39,677 nt of DNA from Acidimicrobiia bacterium (GCA_021296435.1 JAGWAK010000003.1:1-39677); one strand, 5' to 3'; shown: positions 7,444-15,856, counted from the stretch's first letter. Numbers and translations: made by a program. Notes: generated by a model from the letters alone, not told the origin.

Positions 7444-10400
7444 CTACCCGGAGACCTCCGTGGCGGGTGCCAGATCCAGCCGGGCCCGGCGCCGCTGCTC
7501 GTAGAGGCCGAGGGCGTGGAGGGGGAAGTACTGCCGGTACAGGCCGTAGTCCAGAATCGCCGTGCGGAAGAACACTCCGGACCCGTCCTGGCGGGGCCAT
7601 CCCCCATCGGTCTCCTGGGTGTCCAGCAGGAACCGGGCACCCTGGGAAATCGCCGTCCAATTCGAATCGTCGGCCTCGAGAAGAGCGAGCATCGCCCACG
7701 CGGTCTGGATGACCTGACTCTCGGTATGCGCCACGTATCGACCGGCCAGGCAGCCGTTGTGGTGCTCGCCCCATCCCCCGTCGGGCCGCTGGCGATCCAC
7801 CAGCCACCGGCATGCCCGGCGCAGCGCCGGATCACCGGGGCGGGCTCCGGCGGCAAGCAGACCTCTGACCCCGAAGAAGGTGCCGTAGATGAACTGAACC
7901 CCCCAGACGCCGCGCCACGACCCATCGCTTTCCTGGCTCCGGCGGAGCCAAACCTCGCCCCGTGAGACCGCGGTCGTGACCTCCGGATTCGCGACCTCCC
8001 CGAAGTGCTCCCTGCAAGCGGTCAACGCGGCGAGGCACGACGAGGTGCACTCGACATAGGACCGCTCGGTCATCGACTCACCAAACATCTCGGCCGGGTT
8101 CAGCCATTCGAGGCCGACCGCAGAGCGCCGCGCCTCATAGCTGCCGAACCCGCCGTCGCGGTTCTGACCACGCAGCATGAAGCGAACCGCATCGCCGAGC
8201 ATTGTCGTGCTCGCGGCGCCGCAGTCGGCAGCGAACATCCCGAGCACCGCCTCCGCGGTGCAGTCGGTCACCGGCCAGCCATGCCAACTCCCGGCGAGAC
8301 ACCAGCCGCCCTTGGGGTCGGTCCGGTAGGCCTCGTCGAATCCTTCGAAGCTGGTATCGATCTGTTGCCGCCCCAGGAAGTCGAACCCGCGCCGCCGTGC
8401 GCTCCCGACGCCGTCGAAGTCCGGCACGGTCGCCAGCGCCTGCAGGGAGAACCCGGTATCCCACGAGGCGGTTCTGGCTCCGCTGACGCGCGTCCCGCCC
8501 TCCTCGTCCTCCCAGATCCAGCCGTCGAGTCGCGCCAGAGCCTGCTGGCAGTCGGTGTCATTCGGGTCGCGCAGCCACAGGGCGAGAATGTTGAGGAAGC
8601 CACTCACCGGAGAGATGCTCCGATGGGTGGTCGTCTGCAATTCCCACCTGATGTGCCGGACGATCGACTCGGTACATCGGGCCCGCCGACCCTCGGTGTG
8701 GAACCGTTCGTACCACAGCGCAAGCCCGAGGCCGGTTCGGAGCCACACACTGGGTCGGGCGAAGAGGTCGCCGTCCCGCAGGCGATTGCGGCCCGCCTTG
8801 AAATCCACGTTGTCGAAACCCTGAGGAAACAACTCCTCCTGTATGGCGGCGATCGCGGGCGTGACGGGCGCGCGGAACCGGAGCGGGTAGATGGCCGCCA
8901 TCGCCATGTAGATGAGCCGAGTGTGGCAGTACCACTTCGAAGGGTGTAACGCCATCCAGCGTGGCAGGCTCCACAGTTCCGGCAGAACGGCGTTGACGCC
9001 TCGCCAGTCGTAGAGGCCGACGAGCGCCAGCCAGAACTTCCCCCAAGTCGGGATGCTCAGAACCCCTTCTGCCTGCAGGAATCGCCGGGCCGGTTCGATC
9101 GATGGGTCATCCGGCTCGACGCCGAGCAATCGCGCCGCGACATAGACCAGGGTGGTGACGAACAGGTGGGGCGATGAGTGCTCGTGCAAACCCCACGAAC
9201 CGTCTTCGAGGCGGGATCGCTCGAAGTAGCGCAGCACGAGCCGGCGCCGGTCAGGGTCCAACGGCCGTCCCAGAACGTGGTGCAGCAGCACGTACTGCGC
9301 CGTGAGCATGGGACACCACGCCATCTCGCTTTCCCAGGCACCGTCGGCACCCTGGAGACTCACCAACCGCGCGCTTGCGTTCTTCAGCGCCTTGCCGGCA
9401 TCGGGTGACGCGACCTCCTCCGGGCGGCTGGGCCGGAGCTCCCCCGCTCGCGAGGGCATGGACATCAGGAACCCGCGAGCCAAGGAATCCCGAGCTCGTT
9501 GATCCTTCTGTCCACCGGCGTTGCGCGCTCTGCGCAACTGCCGCACCCCGCGGAGAACCCACCCGACGCGCACCGACAGCGCCCGCACGATGTCGCGGGC
9601 CCGACGCCAGGCGATCCGGTCGCAGGATCTCGGAAGCTCGCTGACCATCGCCCGGGTCGCCATCGCCCCACACGCCAGACTCAAACTGGCAATGGATGTG
9701 TTCTCACAGGCGAGCAAGCCGATGGTCCGGTCGCGGACCGCTCGACTCTCCCGCCAGCGCCGGTAGACCGCGTGCCTGAGCGCCACGCTCTCGACCCGAT
9801 GATCCGCGAAGACCTCGTACAGCCCCATGGCGAGGAGTTCCGGTGCGCGGGTCGCCCGGAGTCGCCGATTGGTGAAGTCGCGAAAGTCCCGTCCTTCGGC
9901 CAGTGCGAGCGCATCACCGAAGCCGAGGGTCATTCCCACCGCCGTAAGCGGGTGGTAATGCCCGGCCGCATCCCCGATGAGCACCCGCCGTGGGCTCCCG
10001 TAGGTGGCGCGCGGCCTCAGCGCATTGGCCGCCGCGAGGAATCTCCGTGCCCGCAGGGCCTCGACGAACGCAGGCCTGAGTGTTGCCGGCATCCAGCCGG
10101 CGTACGAGTCCGACAGCAAGGCAACCAGGTCCCGCGGTGAGTACCCCAATGGGACGTCGACGATTACCCGAACCGAATCGTCTCCCAGGCGATAGATGAG
10201 AATCGGACCCGGCCCGCCGCAGACGACATGCCCATAGCCCTCCAGTGGCAACGTCACCCCTCTCAGTGCGATCCCCATCATCCGCGAGCAGTTCCTCGGA
10301 CTCGTCCACAGGCCCAATGAGCGACGCACGGTCGAGGCGCGGCCATCCGCACCGACGATCAGCGCGGCCTCAAGGGATTCATCGGCGCCGTGACGGGTGA

Positions 10401-10863
10401 ACGTGACACGATGGTCTTCGACGGCCCGCACACGCGCATGCAGCACGAAGTCGACACCCGGCTCCTCCTCGACGGCTTCACGCAGGTGCGAGACCAGTGC
10501 CTCGTGTTCGCATACCAAGCCGAGAGATCCGTCCGGGTACGGAAGCACGATCGGCTCCGACCGGTCTTCGGGAAACACCGCAAATCCCTTGCCGTCGGAG
10601 CTCCGCGGCTGCGTATCGAGCTCGATCCCGAAGTCTCGGAGTGTGCGCAGAGCGGGGGGATGGAGCCACTCGCCGGCGAGTCGTTTGGAGACATTGGGGT
10701 TCGCCTCGAGCAGAGCCACCGAGGCGCCTCGACGCGCCTGAGCGAGCGCGCAGAGGCTTCCGACCGGACCCGCGCCGACGACGACGACGTCGTAACTCCG
10801 GGCCCCGGCGCCGCTCATCGGTAGATGCCCGCCCGCGAGCGCCGGCGGCAACGGAACCGACAC
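7444..10863 (-). CDS. Fusion protein: squalene monooxygenase (epoxidase)-like FAD domain plus oxidosqualene cyclase-type triterpene cyclase domain
   Basis: Single open frame of 1139 aa. The N-terminal part has YDVVVVGAGPVGS, GADGRAS and GDAAGHYHPLTAVGMT (the squalene-epoxidase-family signature). The C-terminal part has at least 6 QW-type repeats and VTDCTAE (the OSC form of the catalytic acid). An alternative ATG start lies at 10818. Confidence 0.85.
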   Translation of the reverse strand: MSVPLPPALAGGHLPMSGAGARSYDVVVVGAGPVGSLCALAQARRGASVALLEANPNVSKRLAGEWLHPPALRTLRDFGIELDTQPRSSDGKGFAVFPEDRSEPIVLPYPDGSLGLVCEHEALVSHLREAVEEEPGVDFVLHARVRAVEDHRVTFTRHGADESLEAALIVGADGRASTVRRSLGLWTSPRNCSRMMGIALRGVTLPLEGYGHVVCGGPGPILIYRLGDDSVRVIVDVPLGYSPRDLVALLSDSYAGWMPATLRPAFVEALRARRFLAAANALRPRATYGSPRRVLIGDAAGHYHPLTAVGMTLGFGDALALAEGRDFRDFTNRRLRATRAPELLAMGLYEVFADHRVESVALRHAVYRRWRESRAVRDRTIGLLACENTSIASLSLACGAMATRAMVSELPRSCDRIAWRRARDIVRALSVRVGWVLRGVRQLRRARNAGGQKDQRARDSLARGFLMSMPSRAGELRPSRPEEVASPDAGKALKNASARLVSLQGADGAWESEMAWCPMLTAQYVLLHHVLGRPLDPDRRRLVLRYFERSRLEDGSWGLHEHSSPHLFVTTLVYVAARLLGVEPDDPSIEPARRFLQAEGVLSIPTWGKFWLALVGLYDWRGVNAVLPELWSLPRWMALHPSKWYCHTRLIYMAMAAIYPLRFRAPVTPAIAAIQEELFPQGFDNVDFKAGRNRLRDGDLFARPSVWLRTGLGLALWYERFHTEGRRARCTESIVRHIRWELQTTTHRSISPVSGFLNILALWLRDPNDTDCQQALARLDGWIWEDEEGGTRVSGARTASWDTGFSLQALATVPDFDGVGSARRRGFDFLGRQQIDTSFEGFDEAYRTDPKGGWCLAGSWHGWPVTDCTAEAVLGMFAADCGAASTTMLGDAVRFMLRGQNRDGGFGSYEARRSAVGLEWLNPAEMFGESMTERSYVECTSSCLAALTACREHFGEVANPEVTTAVSRGEVWLRRSQESDGSWRGVWGVQFIYGTFFGVRGLLAAGARPGDPALRRACRWLVDRQRPDGGWGEHHNGCLAGRYVAHTESQVIQTAWAMLALLEADDSNWTAISQGARFLLDTQETDGGWPRQDGSGVFFRTAILDYGLYRQYFPLHALGLYEQRRRARLDLAPATEVSG

Positions 10864-11080
10864 GGTTCCTGAGGACCGGTCACCCGGCCACCTTAGTTCG
10901 GGCTGCGAGAGCGCTCATTCTCCGGAACCGCAGACCTACGTGGGCCTCGCCCGACGCTCTGCCCGGCCCTCGACCCCCTCGCCCGGCCGCGATCCGCCGG
11001 CAGTGCCGATGCCGACGAATGCTTCCGCCGCGGAGAACCGAAGCGGCGCAGCGCGCCTCGTCGACGAGTCAGCCCGGGAA

Positions 11081-12154
11081 TCAGCCGCCGTCGGCGAGAC
11101 GGCGCGACACCTCCACCCAACGGGACAGCTTGGCCGCCGCCGCTCCGCTGTCGAGTGCCTCCGCCGCCAGACGCAGCCCCCCGGGGAGGTCGGCGGCCAG
11201 ATCACCCACGACGAGCCCTGCGGCGGCGTTCAAGCACACGATGTCTCGCCATGGCACGGCTTCGCCCGCCAGCAGCGCCTGAGTCGCCGCCACCCCCGCG
11301 GCCAAGTCCGCGCCGGCGAGATCGGCCAGCCCGACAGTGGCCAGACCCAACTCCTCCGGCGTCACGGTGTAGCGCTCGATCCGGCCCCCACGCAGCTCGA
11401 TCACCCTCGTCGGCCCGATCGTGGAGAGCTCGTCGAGGCGGGGATAGCCGTGCACCACCATGGCCCGTTGCGTGCCGGTAACGGCCAGCACCTCCGCCAT
11501 CCGCTCGGCCATGGCGGGATCGTTCACGCCGATCACCTGGCGCCGCACGCCGGCGGGATTCGCCATCGGACCGAGGTAGTTGAACGCCGTGGGTACACCC
11601 AGGCTGCGCCGCGTGGGGCCGGCGTGGCGCAATGCCGGATGGAACAGAGGCGCCAGGCAGAAGGCGATGCCGGCGTGCTCGAGGCTGGCGGCAACGTCTT
11701 CCGGCCCCAGGTCCACCACCACACCCAGGGCCTCCAGGAGGTCGGCGGAGCCGCAGGCCGACGACACCGCACGGTTGCCGTGCTTGCAGACGCGGGCACC
11801 GGCGCCGGCGGCCACGAGGGCCGCCATGGTGGAGATGTTCAGCGAGCCGCTGCCGTCGCCGCCGGTGCCGGCGGTGTCGATCAGTCCCATCGCCTCGGCG
11901 TCCACGCCGACTTCCAGCGCCGCTGCCCGCAACCCCTCGAGTAGCCCCGCCAACTCGGCAGCCGTCTCGCCCTTGGTGCGTAGGCCGATCAGCAGCCCCG
12001 CCATCTGGGCCTCGGAGGCGCGGCCGGTCAGCATGGCGTCGGCCGCGGCCCGGGCCTGGGCTCCCGACAGGTGCTCGCCCGCCACCAGCGTCCTGAACAG
12101 CTCGGCGAAGTCCACATGGCTGTCGGAGCTCGGGGTGTCGGGATGGGTGGACAT
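11081..12154 (-). CDS. trpD: Anthranilate phosphoribosyltransferase
   Basis: 357 aa with DTAGTGGDGSGSLNIST, KHGNRAVSSACGSADLLEALG and FHPALRHAGPTRR. ATG at 12154 is preceded by GAGGAA. The 684-aa upstream extension is rejected. Confidence 0.92.
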   Translation of the reverse strand: MSTHPDTPSSDSHVDFAELFRTLVAGEHLSGAQARAAADAMLTGRASEAQMAGLLIGLRTKGETAAELAGLLEGLRAAALEVGVDAEAMGLIDTAGTGGDGSGSLNISTMAALVAAGAGARVCKHGNRAVSSACGSADLLEALGVVVDLGPEDVAASLEHAGIAFCLAPLFHPALRHAGPTRRSLGVPTAFNYLGPMANPAGVRRQVIGVNDPAMAERMAEVLAVTGTQRAMVVHGYPRLDELSTIGPTRVIELRGGRIERYTVTPEELGLATVGLADLAGADLAAGVAATQALLAGEAVPWRDIVCLNAAAGLVVGDLAADLPGGLRLAAEALDSGAAAAKLSRWVEVSRRLADGG

Positions 12155-12248
12155 GCTGTTTCCTCGGTTCTTGGGAGTTCTCGGTCGGTCCAAACCCGCA
12201 GTGATGCGTTCGGGCCTCCACCTGACCCGGCGGGAACCTACCTCTAGC
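12155..12248. promoter_or_regulatory. Divergent intergenic/promoter region between trpD (-) and the GlpK-like kinase (+)
   Basis: 94-nt gap between two divergently oriented starts. GC content is visibly lower than the flanks. No specific -10/-35 elements are asserted. Confidence 0.35.
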
Positions 12249-13721
12249 ATGCCAACCGTGCCCGGCCGTGCCGCATCCGGCTCCGCGAGGATCCTGGTGA
12301 TCGACATCGGGAGCACGAGCGTGCGAACGGCGGTCGTTGACCCCTCCGGCCACCTCCGCCACAACTGCCGCCTGCCGACCCCCCGGCACTCACCCGGGCC
12401 GGGGCTCCTGGAGTTCGACCCGGTCGCCCTGGCCGATGCCGCCATGCAGGCCGCCACGGCGACACTGGCCGCTGCGGGAGAGGTGGACGCGGTCGGCATC
12501 GCCAACCAGCGCGCCTCGACTGTGGTGTGGGATCGCCTCAGCGGCGAGCCGGCCGGTCCCGGGCTCGGGTGGCAGGATCTCCGCACCGCGCTCGACTGTC
12601 TCAGCCTGCAGAGCGAGGGGCTGCGCCTGGCCCCCAACCAGCCCGCCACCAAAGCCGCCCATCTGATCGGCGCGGCCGGCGCACCACTCGAGCGACTCTG
12701 CGTCGGCACGCTGGACTCGTGGCTCGTCTGGAACCTCACCGGCGGGACGCAGCACCTCACCGACGCCACCAACGCGGCGATCACCGGCCTGTGCCATGAG
12801 GACCGCGTGGAGTGGGACCCTGCCGTCGCCGAGAGGCTCGGCATCCCCGACGCCGGCCTGCCCCGCATCGTCGACAGCAGCGGGCAGCTGGTCGAGGCCA
12901 CGGCGCTCCCGGGGAGCCCGTTGATCACCGGGGTGGCCGGCGACCAGCAGGCGGCGCTCGTGGGAGCCGGCTGCGTGCGGCGCGGCGACGTGAAGATCAC
13001 CTTCGGAACCGGAGCCACACTGGACGCCTGCCTCGGACCCGGTGACCCCCCTGCGGAGATCCGCGGCCCCAGCGGCACCTTCCCGATCGTCGCCTGGCAG
13101 CAACAGGGACAGGTCGTGTGGGGCATCGAAGCCATGATGCTCAGCGCCGGCAGCTGCGTCGCCTGGCTCTGCGAGTTGGGCCTGCTCGAGGATCCCGGCG
13201 AGTCCGACGCCGTCGCCGCCGGCTCCCTCGACAGCGCCGGCGTGCGCTTCGTCCCCGCTCAGATGGGACTCGGCACGCCCGACTGGGACTTCGGGGCTCG
13301 CAGCGCATTCACCGGCCTGACCACCGCGGCCGGTGCCTCCCACCTCGTGCGCGCCGTGCTGGAGGGCGTGGCGCACCGCGGGGTCGACCTGCTCGAGGCG
13401 GCTCGCGCCGACAGCGGCCTGGAGCTCCTCGAGGTGGTTGTGGACGGGGGCATGAGCGCCAACGGCACGTTCCTGCAGGCACTCGCAGATGCCTCGGGAC
13501 GCCCCGTGCGCGTCGCCCCCGAGGTGGAGTGCACGGCTCTGGGCGCCGGCTACCTGGCGGGCCTGGGCATTGGAGCCTGGGATGGCTGGGACGAGGTGGC
13601 CTCGCTGCGAGCGCCGGCGCGGACCATCGAGCCGCGCCGGCAGGCGGACCGGGCCGCCTGGCAGGAGGCCAAGCGGCGAGCCGCCCGCTGGCATCCCGAT
13701 CTCAGCGCCGTCTCCTTCTGA
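12249..13721 (+). CDS. FGGY-family carbohydrate kinase, glycerol-kinase-like
   Basis: 490 aa. ILVIDIGSTSVR, ANQRASTVVWD, LDSWLVWNLTGG..HLTDATNA and GDQQAALVGAGC parallel GlpK motifs. ATG at 12249. Confidence 0.85.
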   Translation: MPTVPGRAASGSARILVIDIGSTSVRTAVVDPSGHLRHNCRLPTPRHSPGPGLLEFDPVALADAAMQAATATLAAAGEVDAVGIANQRASTVVWDRLSGEPAGPGLGWQDLRTALDCLSLQSEGLRLAPNQPATKAAHLIGAAGAPLERLCVGTLDSWLVWNLTGGTQHLTDATNAAITGLCHEDRVEWDPAVAERLGIPDAGLPRIVDSSGQLVEATALPGSPLITGVAGDQQAALVGAGCVRRGDVKITFGTGATLDACLGPGDPPAEIRGPSGTFPIVAWQQQGQVVWGIEAMMLSAGSCVAWLCELGLLEDPGESDAVAAGSLDSAGVRFVPAQMGLGTPDWDFGARSAFTGLTTAAGASHLVRAVLEGVAHRGVDLLEAARADSGLELLEVVVDGGMSANGTFLQALADASGRPVRVAPEVECTALGAGYLAGLGIGAWDGWDEVASLRAPARTIEPRRQADRAAWQEAKRRAARWHPDLSAVSF

Positions 13722-13799
13722 GCGCCCGAGCCGCGCCGGGCCGGCGGTCTCCCCACTCGCAAGGTGCCGATGGCCCGGCGACTCTGGCAGACTGTCAGC

Positions 13800-14151
<352 letters not shown>

Positions 14152-14155
<4 letters not shown>

Positions 14156-14637
14156 CGGTCCCGCGGCGCGCGTGGCGCGACCGCCAGCCTCCCGGCGCGC
14201 AGGAAATCCCGCCGGCGCGCCGGATCGGTCAACCCGAAGCGCCGCCACGACCACCACAACGCCGCCGCACCGATCAGTTCCATGAGGATCAGCAACCAGA
14301 TCGGCCGCAGACCCCTCCCGGCCACCTCACCGGCGCCCAGCGGCCACCAGAACGTTTCGGTGTGCAGCCAGGCGCCGTCCAGCACGAGATGGCAGAAGAG
14401 CCCGATCGGCACACCCAGCCAGCGGCGCTGCACCAGACGCCTGCCCCACCCTCCGAGCATGACCGCCGTCATCACCGCGATCGGCAACAGCAGCGAGTCC
14501 ATGATCCACAGCGCCTCGACGGCGAGCGCCAGGGAGGGCGCCACGGCGCCCGCCAGCACGAAGCGATAGTCCAGCCCGCGGCTCGAGAACACCGCCGCAA
14601 CAGCCGGGGCGGCCAGCCCGGCGAACCAGAGCAGCAC
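14152..14637 (-). CDS. Integral membrane protein (possibly a DUF457/YdjM-like membrane hydrolase; function uncertain)
   Basis: Multi-helix hydrophobic protein. GTG at 14637 lies 4 nt after the upstream stop, and the longest ORF runs to 14712. Its 3' end abuts or overlaps the rnpB 3' end in convergent orientation. Confidence 0.5.
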
Positions 14638-14641
14638 CGAC

Positions 14642-15385
14642 TCAGATGACCAGGATGCGCCCGCAGGAGGGGCAGGTGGCCGTCCCCTTGTCGTCCTCTC
14701 CTGGGGGGGCATCCCCCATCTCGGGAAGCCTCTTCAGCCGATCCACCTCCATGAGAGGCAGCGTCAGATAGCAACCCATGCAGCTCGTCGCCTCGAGACG
14801 TGCCACGGCCACGCCGCCGATCTGGGTGCGGAGACGCTCGTAGAGCTCGAGCAGGCCCGAATCCACGTCCTTGCCGACATCGGCGCGGGCGAGGCGCACC
14901 TGATCGAGTTCGGCGTCGATCTCGGCAGCCGCGGCGCTGAGTCGCACGTTGACCGAATCCATCCTCGCCCCCAGCGCCTGGTGCGTCTGGCTCAGCGTCG
15001 CCAGTTCGGTGGCCGCGGCCTCCAGGTCCTCCATGACCTCCAGCAACTTGTCCTCGACCACGCGCTGACGCCTGCCGAGGGCGGCCACCTCTTCCTCGAG
15101 ACCCTGCAACTCGCGGATTGCGGTGACCTCGCCGGAGTAGAGCAGGTTTCTCTCGCGGTCCCGCTTGGCCAGAACCATTGCCAGATCGTCGTCGTAGCGT
15201 CGTTGGAGCCGCTCCAACTCCGCGTGCTGCTGCCCGGCCACCTCGATGCGCTCGGCGAGCTCCTGGCTCTGGCTCTCGAGTTCCCGCAACTCGGCCCGCT
15301 CGGGCAGTTGCGCGTGGCGATGCTCGAGTTGCGCGATCCGGGTGTCGTGTGCTTGGAGTTCCAGGAGGCGTTCCAGAGGGTTCAC
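14642..15385 (-). CDS. COG1579/DUF164 coiled-coil protein with a C-terminal C4 zinc ribbon
   Basis: 247 aa. MNPLERLLELQAHDTRIAQLEHR..., a long heptad-like region, and CMGCYLTLP...CPSCGRILV. Its position next to rnpB matches that seen in many actinobacteria. Confidence 0.8.
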   Translation of the reverse strand: MNPLERLLELQAHDTRIAQLEHRHAQLPERAELRELESQSQELAERIEVAGQQHAELERLQRRYDDDLAMVLAKRDRERNLLYSGEVTAIRELQGLEEEVAALGRRQRVVEDKLLEVMEDLEAAATELATLSQTHQALGARMDSVNVRLSAAAAEIDAELDQVRLARADVGKDVDSGLLELYERLRTQIGGVAVARLEATSCMGCYLTLPLMEVDRLKRLPEMGDAPPGEDDKGTATCPSCGRILVI

Positions 15386-15495
15386 GTCTCGCCGCTCGGT
15401 TCTCGCCTGTGCCTTGCCATTGCCGCCCGCGACCCTAAGCGAGACCGGCGGTGGCGCTCAACAGCACCCTGGCCGAACCCCGGCCCCGAAGAGAC

Positions 15496-15567
15496 GACGC
15501 CCCGCCGAGGGGGGGACTTCGACGGGGCGTCCATTCACCCGCGCGGCAGACTGTGCCGGGGGTGAAT
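15496..15567. other. Two adjacent strong stem-loops in a noncoding region (possible terminator/attenuator or part of an sRNA)
   Basis: Hairpin 1: GACGCCCCG (15496-15504) pairs with CGGGGCGTC (15523-15531), and its loop carries a G7 run (C7 on the minus strand). Hairpin 2 spans 15533-15567: ATTCACCC/GGGTGAAT enclosing CGGCA/TGCCG. Confidence 0.3.
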
Positions 15568-15856
15568 AGCTGTGCCGCTGGCACGGCGAATTGTGACGGG
15601 CAGGCTAACGAGCCCGCGCCGCGCCCTCGCCGCCGAGGCTGTGACATCGGCCACAGCAGGTGAACCGACGGAGAGGGGGCGGAGCCACATGGCGTGCCGA
15701 TTGGCCGGAAGGACCGCGAGAGGTATACACTAGGCGTCGCGACCAAGTCGTCCTTCGGAGGGGATGGCGGGTCTGGAGAGAATCTCGCTGATCCCGGCTG
15801 CTCCAACAGTCCCAGACCCGCACCCTCCACCACTAGCCCGCTCACAGGGCATTCGG

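Noticed and set aside
6195-7712. 505-aa plus-strand ORF
   Set aside because: It lies antisense to queG, which has unambiguous Fe-S and QueG motifs. This is a shadow ORF.
7305-7925. N-terminal 207-aa extension of the queG frame (the ORF track gives 6210-7925)
   Set aside because: The extension overlaps the 3' end of the cyclase gene by about 480 nt and is Ser/Arg/Pro/Gly-rich. QueG homology begins at MPSVGLQ (ATG at 7304).
12155-13135. N-terminal 327-aa extension of the trpD frame (684-aa ORF)
   Set aside because: The TrpD alignment starts at MSTHPD (12154), which has its own Shine-Dalgarno sequence. The extension is antisense to the GlpK-like gene and is low complexity.
15496-15531. The C7 loop on the minus strand resembles a 6C-type actinobacterial sRNA hairpin
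   Set aside because: 6C RNAs have two C-rich loops, and I find only one here. It is kept only as an unexplained hairpin.
15690-15730. GGCCGGAAGGACC resembles the GGAA-tetraloop core of SRP (4.5S) RNA
   Set aside because: The flanking conserved helix-8 nucleotides (GGAAGCAGC and the matching 3' strand) are absent, so I do not call an ffs gene.
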